From Escherichia coli (GTDB lineage: Bacteria > Pseudomonadota > Gammaproteobacteria > Enterobacterales > Enterobacteriaceae): a stretch of 64,000 nucleotides of DNA. Each line of letters opens with the position of its first letter. Position 1 is the stretch's first letter. Location: assembly GCF_045037415.1 (NCBI RefSeq), contig NZ_CP173438.1. One strand, 5' to 3'. Position numbers and translations under genes: made by a program. The notes beneath the pieces were generated by a model that saw only the letters and a program-made list of their open reading frames with translations, ran no database searches and had not been told where the DNA came from. Positions 15,230 to 26,214 of the stretch are shown here, piece by piece.

Positions 15230-16104
15230 CAGCTCGCTACATCGCAATTGACTGGGGATCGACCAATCTGCGCGCCTGGCTTTATCAGGGCGACCACTGC
15301 CTGGACAGCAGGCAATCAGAAGCAGGCGTCACGCGCCTGAATGGAAAATCTCCGGCTGCGGTGTTAGCAGAAGTGACGACCGACTGGCGTGAAGAGAATA
15401 CGCCAGTGGTAATGGCAGGAATGGTCGGCAGCAATGTCGGCTGGAAAGTTGCGCCGTATTTATCCATTCCTGCCCGTTTTTCGTCTATTGGCGAACAATT
15501 AACGTCTGTTGGCGACAATATCTGGATTATTCCCGGATTATGCGTCTCTCATGACGATAACCACAATGTGATGCGTGGCGAAGAAACACAATTGATCGGC
15601 GCGCGCACTCTCGCTCCTTCCTCTCTTTATGTCATGCCCGGTACGCATTGCAAATGGGTGCAGGCCGATAGCCAGCAAATTAACGATTTTCGCACCGTGA
15701 TGACCGGTGAATTACATCATTTACTGTTAAATCACTCATTGATTGGCGCAGGTTTGCCGCCGCAGGAAAACGCTGTCGATGCTTTCGCGGCTGGTCTTGA
15801 GCGTGGCCTTAATGCGCCCGCCGTATTGCCACAGCTTTTTGAAGTTCGCGCCTCGCATGTGCTGGGAACACTTCCCCGCGAACAGGTCAGCGAATTTCTC
15901 TCTGGTTTGTTGATTGGCGCAGAGGTCGCCAGTATGCGCGACTATGTGGCCCATCAACAAGTCATCACCCTTGTCGCCGGAACATCGCTGACCGCGCGCT
16001 ACCAGCAAGCCTTTCAGGCGATGGGTTGTGACGTGACGGCGGTGGCGGGCGACACGGCATTTCAGGCTGGTATAAGGAACATCGCTCATGCAGTGGCAAA
16101 CTAA
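15226..16104 (+). CDS. dgoK: 2-dehydro-3-deoxygalactonokinase
   Basis: 292-aa ORF overlapping the dgoR stop (ATGA); dgo operon synteny. Confidence 0.9.
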   Translation: MTARYIAIDWGSTNLRAWLYQGDHCLDSRQSEAGVTRLNGKSPAAVLAEVTTDWREENTPVVMAGMVGSNVGWKVAPYLSIPARFSSIGEQLTSVGDNIWIIPGLCVSHDDNHNVMRGEETQLIGARTLAPSSLYVMPGTHCKWVQADSQQINDFRTVMTGELHHLLLNHSLIGAGLPPQENAVDAFAAGLERGLNAPAVLPQLFEVRASHVLGTLPREQVSEFLSGLLIGAEVASMRDYVAHQQVITLVAGTSLTARYQQAFQAMGCDVTAVAGDTAFQAGIRNIAHAVAN

Positions 16105-16705
16105 ACTCCCGCTGATCGCCATTTTGCGCGGCATTACGCCCGACGAGGCGCTGGCGCATGTTGGCGCGGTGATTGACGCCGGGTTCGACGCGGTTGAAAT
16201 CCCGCTGAATTCTCCACAATGGGAGCAGAGCATTCCCGCCATCGTTGATGCGTATGGCGACAAGGCGTTGATTGGCGCAGGTACGGTACTGAAACCTGAA
16301 CAGGTCGATGCGCTCGCCAGAATGGGCTGTCAGCTCATCGTTACGCCCAATATCCATAGTGAAGTGATCCGCCGTGCGGTGGGCTACGGCATGACCGTCT
16401 GCCCCGGCTGCGCGACGGCGACCGAAGCCTTTACCGCGCTCGACGCGGGTGCGCAGGCACTGAAAATATTTCCGTCATCGGCTTTTGGTCCGCAATACAT
16501 CAAAGCATTAAAAGCGGTATTACCACCGAACATCGCGGTCTTTGCCGTTGGCGGTGTGACGCCAGAAAACCTGGCGCAGTGGATAGATGCAGGCTGTGCC
16601 GGAGCGGGCTTAGGTAGCGATCTCTATCGCGCCGGGCAGTCCGTAGAACGGACTGCGCAGCAGGCAGCAGCATTTGTTAAGGCGTATCGAGAGGCAGTGC
16701 AATGA
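16088..16705 (+). CDS. dgoA: 2-dehydro-3-deoxy-6-phosphogalactonate aldolase
   Basis: 205-aa ORF in the dgo operon. Confidence 0.9.
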   Translation: MQWQTKLPLIAILRGITPDEALAHVGAVIDAGFDAVEIPLNSPQWEQSIPAIVDAYGDKALIGAGTVLKPEQVDALARMGCQLIVTPNIHSEVIRRAVGYGMTVCPGCATATEAFTALDAGAQALKIFPSSAFGPQYIKALKAVLPPNIAVFAVGGVTPENLAQWIDAGCAGAGLGSDLYRAGQSVERTAQQAAAFVKAYREAVQ

Positions 16706-17850
16706 AAATCACCAAAATTACCACGTATCGTTTACCTCCCCGCTGGATGTTCCTGAAAATTGAAACCGATGAAGGCGTGGTCGGTTGGGGCGAGCCCGTG
16801 ATTGAAGGTCGCGCTCGCACGGTGGAAGCGGCAGTCCACGAGCTGAGTGACTATTTGATTGGTCAGGACCCGTCACGCATCAACGACTTATGGCAAGTGA
16901 TGTATCGCGCCGGATTTTATCGTGGCGGTCCGATTCTGATGAGTGCCATCGCCGGGATCGACCAGGCTTTATGGGATATCAAAGGCAAAGTGCTGAATGC
17001 GCCGGTCTGGCAACTGATGGGCGGCCTGGTTCGCGACAAAATTAAAGCCTACAGTTGGGTCGGCGGCGATCGTCCGGCGGATGTTATCGACGGCATTAAA
17101 ACGCTACGCGAAATCGGCTTCGATACCTTCAAACTGAACGGTTGTGAAGAACTGGGGCTAATTGATAACTCCCGCGCGGTAGATGCGGCAGTCAACACCG
17201 TGGCACAAATTCGTGAAGCTTTTGGCAATCAGATTGAGTTTGGTCTGGACTTCCATGGTCGCGTCAGCGCGCCGATGGCGAAAGTGCTGATTAAAGAGCT
17301 GGAACCGTATCGTCCGCTGTTTATTGAAGAGCCGGTGCTGGCGGAACAGGCCGAATACTACCCGAAACTGGCGGCACAAACGCATATTCCACTGGCGGCG
17401 GGTGAGCGCATGTTCTCACGCTTCGATTTTAAACGTGTGCTGGAGGCAGGCGGTATTTCGATTCTGCAACCGGATCTCTCCCACGCAGGCGGTATTACCG
17501 AATGCTACAAAATTGCCGGAATGGCAGAAGCCTATGACGTGACCCTTGCGCCGCACTGTCCGCTCGGACCGATTGCACTGGCGGCTTGCCTGCATATCGA
17601 CTTTGTTTCCTATAACGCCGTCCTTCAGGAACAAAGTATGGGCATTCATTACAACAAAGGCGCGGAGTTACTCGACTTTGTGAAAAACAAAGAGGACTTC
17701 AGCATGGTCGGCGGTTTCTTTAAACCATTAACGAAACCGGGCTTAGGCGTGGAAATCGACGAAGCTAAAGTTATTGAGTTCAGTAAAAATGCCCCGGACT
17801 GGCGTAATCCGCTCTGGCGTCATGAAGATAACAGCGTAGCAGAGTGGTAA
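16702..17850 (+). CDS. dgoD: D-galactonate dehydratase
   Basis: 382-aa enolase-superfamily [28 protein letters not shown]... Confidence 0.92.
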   Translation: MKITKITTYRLPPRWMFLKIETDEGVVGWGEPVIEGRARTVEAAVHELSDYLIGQDPSRINDLWQVMYRAGFYRGGPILMSAIAGIDQALWDIKGKVLNAPVWQLMGGLVRDKIKAYSWVGGDRPADVIDGIKTLREIGFDTFKLNGCEELGLIDNSRAVDAAVNTVAQIREAFGNQIEFGLDFHGRVSAPMAKVLIKELEPYRPLFIEEPVLAEQAEYYPKLAAQTHIPLAAGERMFSRFDFKRVLEAGGISILQPDLSHAGGITECYKIAGMAEAYDVTLAPHCPLGPIALAACLHIDFVSYNAVLQEQSMGIHYNKGAELLDFVKNKEDFSMVGGFFKPLTKPGLGVEIDEAKVIEFSKNAPDWRNPLWRHEDNSVAEW

Positions 17851-17969
17851 TTCCTGCCACGTAAGCCCCTCATCGGGCACTAAAACAGCAATACAAAAAT
17901 ATAACCCTCTGTAAATTACAGTGCATGGTGAGCGGCTTCGCTATGCCCAAAATCAGGAGAAAGCTCGCT

Positions 17970-19262
17970 ATGGATATTCCCGTTAATGCAGCAAAGCCGG
18001 GGCGTCGGCGTTATCTGACGCTGGTGATGATCTTTATTACGGTGGTCATTTGTTATGTTGACCGTGCTAACCTGGCCGTGGCTTCTGCCCATATTCAGGA
18101 AGAGTTTGGTATTACTAAAGCGCAAATGGGCTATGTATTTTCGGCCTTCGCCTGGCTTTATACGCTATGTCAGATCCCCGGCGGTTGGTTTTTAGATCGC
18201 GTAGGTTCACGCGTGACTTATTTTATTGCGATATTTGGCTGGTCAGTGGCGACGTTATTCCAGGGCTTTGCCACGGGCTTAATGTCATTAATTGGTCTGC
18301 GCGCGATAACCGGTATTTTCGAAGCGCCCGCGTTCCCGACCAATAACCGGATGGTAACCAGTTGGTTCCCGGAACATGAACGCGCTTCTGCCGTTGGTTT
18401 TTATACGTCTGGTCAGTTTGTCGGTCTGGCGTTTCTGACTCCGCTGCTGATCTGGATTCAGGAGATGTTGAGCTGGCACTGGGTGTTCATTGTCACCGGT
18501 GGTATCGGCATTATCTGGTCGCTGATTTGGTTTAAGGTTTATCAGCCGCCGCGTCTGACCAAAGGCATCAGCAAAGCTGAACTGGATTACATTCGTGATG
18601 GCGGCGGTCTGGTGGATGGCGATGCGCCGGTGAAAAAAGAGGCGCGTCAGCCGTTAACAGCCAAAGACTGGAAACTGGTGTTCCATCGTAAACTGATCGG
18701 TGTCTATCTTGGGCAATTTGCGGTGGCTTCTACACTGTGGTTTTTCTTAACCTGGTTCCCGAACTATTTAACCCAGGAAAAAGGAATCACGGCGCTGAAA
18801 GCAGGTTTTATGACCACGGTGCCATTCCTCGCGGCGTTTATTGGCGTCCTGCTCTCTGGCTGGGTCGCGGATCTGCTGGTACGTAAGGGCTTTTCACTGG
18901 GCTTTGCGCGTAAAACGCCGATTATCTGCGGCTTGCTGATCTCCACCTGCATTATGGGTGCGAACTACACCAACGATCCGATGATGATTATGTGCCTGAT
19001 GGCGCTGGCATTCTTCGGCAACGGTTTTGCTTCGATAACCTGGTCGCTGGTCTCTTCTCTGGCACCGATGCGCCTGATTGGTTTAACCGGCGGCGTGTTT
19101 AACTTTGCCGGTGGTCTGGGCGGCATCACCGTTCCGCTGGTGGTGGGGTACCTGGCGCAGGGTTACGGTTTCGCGCCTGCACTGGTTTATATCTCCGCCG
19201 TCGCGTTGATTGGCGCGCTCTCTTACATCCTGCTGGTGGGCGATGTGAAGCGCGTTGGATAA
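17970..19262 (+). CDS. dgoT: D-galactonate transporter (MFS)
   Basis: [25 protein letters not shown]... with AGGAGA RBS; track start trimmed to the ATG at 17970. Confidence 0.9.
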   Translation: MDIPVNAAKPGRRRYLTLVMIFITVVICYVDRANLAVASAHIQEEFGITKAQMGYVFSAFAWLYTLCQIPGGWFLDRVGSRVTYFIAIFGWSVATLFQGFATGLMSLIGLRAITGIFEAPAFPTNNRMVTSWFPEHERASAVGFYTSGQFVGLAFLTPLLIWIQEMLSWHWVFIVTGGIGIIWSLIWFKVYQPPRLTKGISKAELDYIRDGGGLVDGDAPVKKEARQPLTAKDWKLVFHRKLIGVYLGQFAVASTLWFFLTWFPNYLTQEKGITALKAGFMTTVPFLAAFIGVLLSGWVADLLVRKGFSLGFARKTPIICGLLISTCIMGANYTNDPMMIMCLMALAFFGNGFASITWSLVSSLAPMRLIGLTGGVFNFAGGLGGITVPLVVGYLAQGYGFAPALVYISAVALIGALSYILLVGDVKRVG

Positions 19263-20323
19263 TCTTTCAACTGTGGAATATGTGCCACTCCACTGCGCAT
19301 AATCCACTTTCTTAAAGCCGGTGCGGTCAGGCATCGGCTTTTTACTATCTTGCCGAAGAGTTTTAAACGCAGTTTGCGAGTGGCGCGCCAGTAAGCGGTA
19401 TTGAGCTTCTCTGGCTGCTTCAGTAATACCGAACGCAGAATCTCTGCGCTATCCAGCGCATAGCTAATCCCCTCCAGCGAGCTGGCGCTGATAAATCCCG
19501 CCGCTTCGCCAATCAGAAAGGCGTTGTCCTTGCCGCAGACAAAATCCTGCCAGCGTGAGGGAAACAGCACCGTGCATTTTTCGCTTTTCACCGCCTTACC
19601 AAACTGGAACTGAAAGGCGCTCATTTTCTCTTTTAGCGTCGTGAAACGCGTCTGACCGTCTTTCATGGGATAGGCACCGCCAAAGATAAAATAACCGTCT
19701 TTGCTGATACTCCATGAGTAACAGTCAGTTATCGCATTATCAAAGATGCAGGAGTAGAACGGTACCGGATGTTTCTCTGCGAACCACTGCTGGATGGCGA
19801 CATATTTACGAATCTGATGATCCGGGTAGAGATGTCGCCGCACCATCGAGTTGGCACCATCGGCACCGACCAGATAGCGGGCGGTAATATGCTGCTCCCA
19901 GCCGTCTGCGCGAAAAATGACATGCCATTTATCATCCTCACGCCAGATTTTTCGACACAGGCTGTCGTGGTAAACCTCAACGCTGGCGGGGATCAGCGAT
20001 TTCATCCACAAGTCGAAAGCATGGCGATTAATATTGATATAGCTTCGCTGGTAGTTACGCGTGAGCGATGCGGCGACGTCGACGGTTTTGACGCTGAAAA
20101 TCTGCGGGTTGGCGATGACATCGACAGGAAGCGTCAGTCCATCGCGAATAAAAGATCGCTGCGCGTCCGGTGCCAGAAGACCGCCACAAGGTTTGCTGAA
20201 ACCTTCAGTACCACACTGGTGCTTTTTATCCAGCGCGATCACCTGCATTTTGCCTGCTAACTTTCGCGCCAACGCCGACCCTGCCGGGCCGAGGCCAATA
20301 ATCGCCACGTCGAAATGTTCCAT
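19223..20323 (-). CDS. cbrA: FAD-dependent oxidoreductase CbrA (YidS)
   Basis: [27 protein letters not shown]... with FAD-binding GxGxxG; 3' end overlaps dgoT convergently. Confidence 0.85.
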   Translation of the reverse strand: MEHFDVAIIGLGPAGSALARKLAGKMQVIALDKKHQCGTEGFSKPCGGLLAPDAQRSFIRDGLTLPVDVIANPQIFSVKTVDVAASLTRNYQRSYININRHAFDLWMKSLIPASVEVYHDSLCRKIWREDDKWHVIFRADGWEQHITARYLVGADGANSMVRRHLYPDHQIRKYVAIQQWFAEKHPVPFYSCIFDNAITDCYSWSISKDGYFIFGGAYPMKDGQTRFTTLKEKMSAFQFQFGKAVKSEKCTVLFPSRWQDFVCGKDNAFLIGEAAGFISASSLEGISYALDSAEILRSVLLKQPEKLNTAYWRATRKLRLKLFGKIVKSRCLTAPALRKWIMRSGVAHIPQLKDYPTRFTSPTSRM

Positions 20324-20423
20324 CTTTTCACTCACATTCATCACGATGGCAAAAGACTATTGTCTGAAAGTGAAGTCCTTGTGAAGTATGATGGCGGGAA
20401 CCGTTTTGTATCAGGACCGCGCC

Positions 20424-21638
20424 ATGAAACAGATAACCTTTGCTCCCCGTAATCACCTGCTCACCAATACCAATACCTGGACGCCCGACAGCCAGTGGCT
20501 GGTGTTTGACGTGCGGCCTTCTGGGGCGTCGTTTACCGGCGAGACCATTGAGCGTGTGAATATCCATACCGGCGAGGTCGAGGTTATCTATCGCGCGTCA
20601 CAGGGCGCATACGTCGGCGTGGTGACCGTTCATCCGAAGTCAGAGAAGTATGTCTTCATCCACGGCCCGGAAAATCCTGATGAAACATGGTATTACGACT
20701 TTCATCATCGGCGCGGAGTGATTGTTGAAAGCGGCAAGGTGAGCAATCTCGATGCAATGGATATTACCGCGCCATATACGCCAGGAGCGCTGCGCGGCGG
20801 CAGTCATGTACATGTCTTTAGCCCAAACGGTGAAAGGGTGAGCTTTACCTACAACGACCATGTAATGCATGAACTCGATCCGGCGCTGGATTTGCGAAAT
20901 GTCGGTGTTGCTGCACCGTTTGGCCCGGTCAACGTACAAAAGCAGCATCCGCGTGAATACAGCGGTAGCCACTGGTGCGTGCTGGTAAGTAAAACCACGC
21001 CCACGCCACAGCCTGGCAGTGATGAAATCAATCGTGCTTATGAAGAAGGATGGGTAGGAAATCACGCGCTGGCGTTTATTGGCGACACACTTTCGCCAAA
21101 GGGCGAGAAAGTGCCGGAGCTGTTTATTGTCGAGTTGCCGCAAGATGAAGCTGGCTGGAAAGTGGCAGGTGATGCGCCGTTAAGTGGAACGGAAACAACC
21201 CTGCCCGCGCCACCGCGTGGTGTCGTGCAGCGACGTTTAACCTTTACGCACCATCGGGCTTCTCCGGGATTAGTCAACGTCCCGCGCCACTGGGTGCGCT
21301 GTAATCCGCAGGGTACGCAAATCGCGTTTTTAATGCGTGATGATAACGGCATTGTGCAACTGTGGCTTATCTCGCCACAGGGCGGTGAACCACGCCAGTT
21401 AACCCATAATAAAACGGATATTCAGTCTGCATTTAACTGGCATCCATCAGGCGAATGGCTGGGATTTGTGCTGGATAATCGGATTGCTTGTGCCCATGCG
21501 CAAAGCGGCGAGGTTGAGTATTTAACCGAAAACCACGCCAATCCACCTTCTGCGGACGCCGTGGTTTTCTCGCCGGATGGTCAATGGTTGGCGTGGATGG
21601 AGGACGGTCAGTTGTGGATCACCGAAACTGACCGCTAG
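20424..21638 (+). CDS. yidR: conserved protein YidR
   Basis: ORF MKQITFAPRNHLLTNTNTWTPDSQWLVFDVRP...; synteny. Confidence 0.85.
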   Translation: MKQITFAPRNHLLTNTNTWTPDSQWLVFDVRPSGASFTGETIERVNIHTGEVEVIYRASQGAYVGVVTVHPKSEKYVFIHGPENPDETWYYDFHHRRGVIVESGKVSNLDAMDITAPYTPGALRGGSHVHVFSPNGERVSFTYNDHVMHELDPALDLRNVGVAAPFGPVNVQKQHPREYSGSHWCVLVSKTTPTPQPGSDEINRAYEEGWVGNHALAFIGDTLSPKGEKVPELFIVELPQDEAGWKVAGDAPLSGTETTLPAPPRGVVQRRLTFTHHRASPGLVNVPRHWVRCNPQGTQIAFLMRDDNGIVQLWLISPQGGEPRQLTHNKTDIQSAFNWHPSGEWLGFVLDNRIACAHAQSGEVEYLTENHANPPSADAVVFSPDGQWLAWMEDGQLWITETDR

Positions 21639-21641
21639 CTC

Positions 21642-21974
21642 TCAGTTTGCAGGCATTTTGGCGGGGGGAATGACGTTATTGGTTTCTTGCGCGTCGGCTT
21701 CGCTTTTTTCAACGCGCGAGCGCACTGAGCTGTCTTTGCGGAACACATCCCACGGTAGCAATATTGTGTCCAGTACTGCGGTAAATGGCATGTCGAGTAT
21801 CGCCAGCGATTTTGTGCCCCAGTTGGTTTCATCGTCGCCAATCATGGTTGCGCTGGCGCGGGTGCCAGGATACGTTCCTTCTTTCCCCCCGGTATGGGAC
21901 ATCACGCTGGAGCATCCTCCGAGTAATGTCATTCCGCTGCATATCATGAACGCTAACAACACATTTTTTATCAT
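21642..21974 (-). CDS. yidQ: putative outer-membrane lipoprotein YidQ
   Basis: ORF MIKNVLLAFMICSGMTLLGGCSS with lipobox; synteny beside ibpA. Confidence 0.8.
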   Translation of the reverse strand: MIKNVLLAFMICSGMTLLGGCSSVMSHTGGKEGTYPGTRASATMIGDDETNWGTKSLAILDMPFTAVLDTILLPWDVFRKDSSVRSRVEKSEADAQETNNVIPPAKMPAN

Positions 21975-22148
21975 AATAAATTCATCTGTTGATCGTGGGT
22001 GTTGGCCTGATGAGTTATAGCGATCCCTTGCTGAAAATAACATCATCATTACGTCGCACTGTGGCGGCTATCGCACTTTAACGTTTCGTGCTGCCCCCTC
22101 AGTCTATGCAATAGACCATAAACTGCAAAAAAAAGTCCGCTGATAAGG

Positions 22149-22178
22149 CTTGAAAAGTTCATTTCCAGACCCATTTTT
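22149..22178 (+). promoter_or_regulatory. sigma-32 heat-shock promoter of ibpA
   Basis: CTTGAAAA, 14-nt spacer, then CCCATTTTTA, matching the sigma-32 consensus (CTTGAAA / CCCCATnT). Confidence 0.6.
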
Positions 22179-22279
22179 ACATCGTAGCCGATGAGGACGC
22201 GCCTGATGGGTGTTCTGGCTACCTGACCTGTCCATTGTGGAAGGTCTTAGATTCTCGCTGATTTCAGGAGCTATTGATT

Positions 22280-22693
22280 ATGCGTAACTTTGATTTATCC
22301 CCGCTTTACCGTTCTGCTATTGGATTTGACCGTTTGTTTAACCACTTAGAAAACAACCAGAGCCAGAGTAATGGCGGCTACCCTCCGTATAACGTTGAAC
22401 TGGTAGACGAAAACCATTACCGCATTGCTATCGCTGTGGCTGGTTTTGCTGAGAGCGAACTGGAAATTACCGCCCAGGATAATCTGCTGGTGGTGAAAGG
22501 TGCTCACGCCGACGAACAAAAAGAGCGCACCTATCTGTACCAGGGCATCGCTGAACGCAACTTTGAACGTAAATTCCAGTTAGCTGAGAACATTCATGTT
22601 CGTGGTGCTAACCTGGTGAATGGTCTGCTGTATATCGATCTCGAACGCGTGATTCCGGAAGCGAAAAAACCGCGCCGTATCGAAATCAACTAA
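22280..22693 (+). CDS. ibpA: small heat shock protein IbpA
   Basis: [26 protein letters not shown]... recognised as IbpA. Confidence 0.95.
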
Positions 22694-22804
22694 TTCCCTA
22701 AGGCCGCCTGGCGCGGCCTGACATCTCCATGCTCGCCGTCAGGGAGCATATGCGAATCTTCGGATTTGCAGGTACTTACTCGCTTCTTAGAAGGAGAAAT
22801 GACT

Positions 22805-23233
22805 ATGCGTAACTTCGATTTATCCCCACTGATGCGTCAATGGATCGGTTTTGACAAACTGGCCAACGCACTGCAAAACGCCGGTGAAAGCCAGAGCTTC
22901 CCGCCGTACAACATTGAGAAAAGCGACGATAACCACTACCGCATTACCCTCGCGCTGGCAGGTTTTCGTCAGGAAGATTTAGAGATTCAACTGGAAGGTA
23001 CGCGCCTGAGCGTAAAAGGCACACCGGAGCAGCCAAAAGAAGAGAAAAAATGGCTGCATCAAGGGCTTATGAATCAGCCTTTTAGCCTGAGCTTTACGCT
23101 GGCTGAAAATATGGAAGTCTCTGGCGCAACCTTCGTAAACGGTTTACTGCATATTGATTTAATTCGTAATGAGCCTGAACCCATCGCAGCGCAGCGTATC
23201 GCTATCAGCGAACGTCCCGCGTTAAATAGCTAA
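22805..23233 (+). CDS. ibpB: small heat shock protein IbpB
   Basis: [27 protein letters not shown]... recognised as IbpB. Confidence 0.95.
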
Positions 23234-23249
23234 CTAGCTATTCTCTTTG

Positions 23250-23279
23250 CCCCGCCATTCTGGTGGGGCTTTTTTTTTG
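23250..23279 (+). terminator. Rho-independent terminator after ibpB
   Basis: Hairpin CCCCGCC-attc-tGGTGGGG followed by a run of nine T. Confidence 0.7.
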
Positions 23280-23430
23280 TCTTTTTTCTTCAACAATGCG
23301 TTAAATTTCGCCTGTTTAAGATATTTCGGCACGTTCTTTCCCGTGATAATGTGCGCTATAAGGCAAATCTGCTTCACCGATTCAGCCATAATCCGTAGCA
23401 ATTAAAATGTTATTTCAAGAGAAATGGACG

Positions 23431-25092
23431 ATGAGTGATATAGCATTAACGGTCAGTATTCTGGCTTTGGTGGCGGTCGTCGGGTTGTTTATCGGCAACG
23501 TCAAGTTTCGCGGTGTTGGATTGGGCATTGGCGGCGTGCTGTTCGGCGGGATCATCGTCGGCCATTTTGTTTCTCAGGCGGGGATGACATTAAGTAGCGA
23601 TATGCTGCATGTTATTCAGGAATTTGGCCTGATCCTGTTCGTTTATACCATCGGGATTCAGGTAGGGCCGGGCTTCTTTGCCTCATTGCGCGTCTCCGGA
23701 TTACGCCTCAACCTGTTTGCTGTTCTGATCGTCATCATCGGTGGTCTGGTTACCGCCATCCTGCATAAACTGTTTGATATTCCACTGCCGGTCGTGCTGG
23801 GGATTTTTTCCGGCGCGGTCACCAATACGCCAGCGCTGGGGGCAGGGCAGCAGATCTTGCGCGACCTGGGGACACCGATGGCGATGGTCGATCAAATGGG
23901 GATGAGCTATGCGATGGCGTATCCATTTGGGATTTGCGGCATTTTGTTCACTATGTGGATGCTGCGGGTTATTTTCCGCGTCAATGTTGAGACTGAGGCC
24001 CAGCAGCACGAGTCCACGCGAACCAACGGCGGTGCGCTAATCAGGACGATTAACATCCGAGTTGAGAATCCTAATTTGCATAATTTAGCCATTAAAGATG
24101 TGCCGATTCTCAATGGCGATAAAGTTATTTGCTCACGATTGAAACGAGAAGAAACCCTAAAAGTGCCTTCGCCAGAAACCGTTATTCAACTGGGCGATTT
24201 GCTGCATCTGGTGGGGCAGCCTGCGGATTTACATAATGCGCAACTGGTGATTGGTCAGGAGGTCGATACCTCGCTGTCTACGAAAGGCACTGATTTGCGC
24301 GTCGAGCGTGTGGTGGTCACCAATGAAAACGTGCTCGGTAAACGTATTCGCGACCTGCACTTTAAAGAACGCTATGACGTTGTTATCTCGCGCCTGAACC
24401 GTGCTGGTGTTGAATTAGTTGCAAGTAGCGATATCAGCCTGCAGTTCGGCGATATCCTCAACCTGGTGGGGCGTCCGTCCGCAATTGATGCCGTTGCCAA
24501 TGTGCTGGGGAATGCGCAGCAAAAACTGCAACAGGTTCAGATGCTGCCAGTGTTTATTGGTATCGGGCTTGGCGTATTGTTAGGTTCTATTCCCGTCTTT
24601 GTGCCGGGATTTCCGGCCGCGTTGAAACTGGGGCTGGCGGGCGGTCCGCTGATTATGGCGTTGATTCTCGGGCGTATCGGCAGTATCGGCAAGCTGTACT
24701 GGTTTATGCCGCCAAGCGCCAACCTCGCGCTGCGGGAGCTGGGGATCGTACTGTTCCTCTCGGTCGTTGGCCTGAAATCCGGCGGCGATTTTATCCATAC
24801 ACTGGTGGATGGCGAAGGGCTAAGCTGGATTGGTTATGGTGCCCTGATCACCGCCGTTCCGCTGATTACTGTTGGTATTCTGGCGCGGATGTTAGCCAAA
24901 ATGAATTACCTGACCATGTGCGGGATGCTGGCAGGTTCCATGACCGATCCTCCGGCGCTGGCGTTTGCTAATAATCTTCATCCAACCAGCGGTGCAGCGG
25001 CGCTCTCTTACGCCACTGTCTATCCGTTAGTGATGTTCCTGCGCATTATCACACCCCAATTACTGGCGGTGCTCTTCTGGAGTATCGGTTAA
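23431..25092 (+). CDS. yidE: putative transporter YidE
   Basis: [31 protein letters not shown]...; synteny. Confidence 0.9.
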   Translation: MSDIALTVSILALVAVVGLFIGNVKFRGVGLGIGGVLFGGIIVGHFVSQAGMTLSSDMLHVIQEFGLILFVYTIGIQVGPGFFASLRVSGLRLNLFAVLIVIIGGLVTAILHKLFDIPLPVVLGIFSGAVTNTPALGAGQQILRDLGTPMAMVDQMGMSYAMAYPFGICGILFTMWMLRVIFRVNVETEAQQHESTRTNGGALIRTINIRVENPNLHNLAIKDVPILNGDKVICSRLKREETLKVPSPETVIQLGDLLHLVGQPADLHNAQLVIGQEVDTSLSTKGTDLRVERVVVTNENVLGKRIRDLHFKERYDVVISRLNRAGVELVASSDISLQFGDILNLVGRPSAIDAVANVLGNAQQKLQQVQMLPVFIGIGLGVLLGSIPVFVPGFPAALKLGLAGGPLIMALILGRIGSIGKLYWFMPPSANLALRELGIVLFLSVVGLKSGGDFIHTLVDGEGLSWIGYGALITAVPLITVGILARMLAKMNYLTMCGMLAGSMTDPPALAFANNLHPTSGAAALSYATVYPLVMFLRIITPQLLAVLFWSIG

Positions 25093-25181
25093 CTCTTTTC
25101 CCGGTGGAGTCGCCGTAAATGGTACTCCGCCTGGTATTTCTGAACATCATCGAGTCATTTACACACTCGCCATTCTGGTTA

Positions 25182-26048
25182 TTACCTGTCCGTATTCTTC
25201 AGCACAGCTGACGGCGCATAACCAAATTTATGCTTAAAGGCTTTGCTGAAATGAAAGGAGTCGAAGAAGTTGAGCGTATCAGCGACTTCGCCAACCGAGT
25301 TCCCTTGTTGCTTTAATAGCGATAGCGCCAGATCCAGACGCGCATCGAGGTAATATTCTTTCGGCGTCTTGCCGGTATAGCGTAAAAACAGACGACGCAA
25401 CCAGGCCTCGCTACAGGGGATCGTGGCAGCCATATCAGCTACGCTCCAGCGTTGTTGTAGACTGGCATGTAAAGTGGCAATTAATTTTTCAATTTGCCGC
25501 CGTTGTGGATCTTTTTTACCGACTGCGTGCATAAGACAAATCCACTGATAAATAATTTTCGTCAGAAAAGCGACTGCCAGATTATTTTTTATTGCTTCTG
25601 GTGAAGTAATTAACTCAGCAACTTCGGTAAGTTCCTGATTATAAACTTCGCCATTATAAATAACGCTTTGCTGACCGACGGGAATATCCATCATACTGGT
25701 GGGGGTAAATTCCATCCAGTACTGTTCCCAGACCAAACCTTCACAGTGATAAGAGTGAATATCCATTGGCTTTAAAAATATAATACAGTTGCCATGCAGA
25801 GTTATTTGTTCGTCATTCTTTAAAAGAATTTTCCCACATCCTTGTACGGTATACACCGCAACCCATGAGTTGGCGATAAGCGGTTTCTTCTTGTCCCGCG
25901 GCCAGATCACCCGATAATGCTCGTCGGCGTAGGTATGCCAGAGCGATATCAGAGAAATTCCGCTGGAGATCACATTTTCGTTAATCAATAAGGGAATATT
26001 GTACGGAGTTTCGTTTTTTACATCCGAACTTTGCAATTTTCCATTCAT
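25182..26048 (-). CDS. yidL: AraC-family transcriptional regulator
   Basis: C-terminal AraC-type HTH region; start placed at the ATG (MNGKLQ) preceded by GGAGGG rather than the upstream GTG; gene name recalled from K-12 synteny. Confidence 0.75.
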   Translation of the reverse strand: MNGKLQSSDVKNETPYNIPLLINENVISSGISLISLWHTYADEHYRVIWPRDKKKPLIANSWVAVYTVQGCGKILLKNDEQITLHGNCIIFLKPMDIHSYHCEGLVWEQYWMEFTPTSMMDIPVGQQSVIYNGEVYNQELTEVAELITSPEAIKNNLAVAFLTKIIYQWICLMHAVGKKDPQRRQIEKLIATLHASLQQRWSVADMAATIPCSEAWLRRLFLRYTGKTPKEYYLDARLDLALSLLKQQGNSVGEVADTLNFFDSFHFSKAFKHKFGYAPSAVLKNTDR

Positions 26049-26214
26049 TTTAATATCCCTCCGGCGAATTATGCTCACAACCTGAACTTAACAGAAAACA
26101 ATCCGTTCAGGGATACGACGTTTGTATTTTAAGAATCTGACTGCCTGACCCGACGCATTTTACCTCTCCCTATATTCATGCGTCCGGGACATAAACATAA
26201 ATAAGGGCTATGAG

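Noticed and set aside
22701-22722. Hairpin GGCCGC-ctggc-GCGGCC between ibpA and ibpB, considered as a terminator
   Set aside because: No following T run; could be a processing or regulatory structure, but there is not enough evidence to call a terminator.
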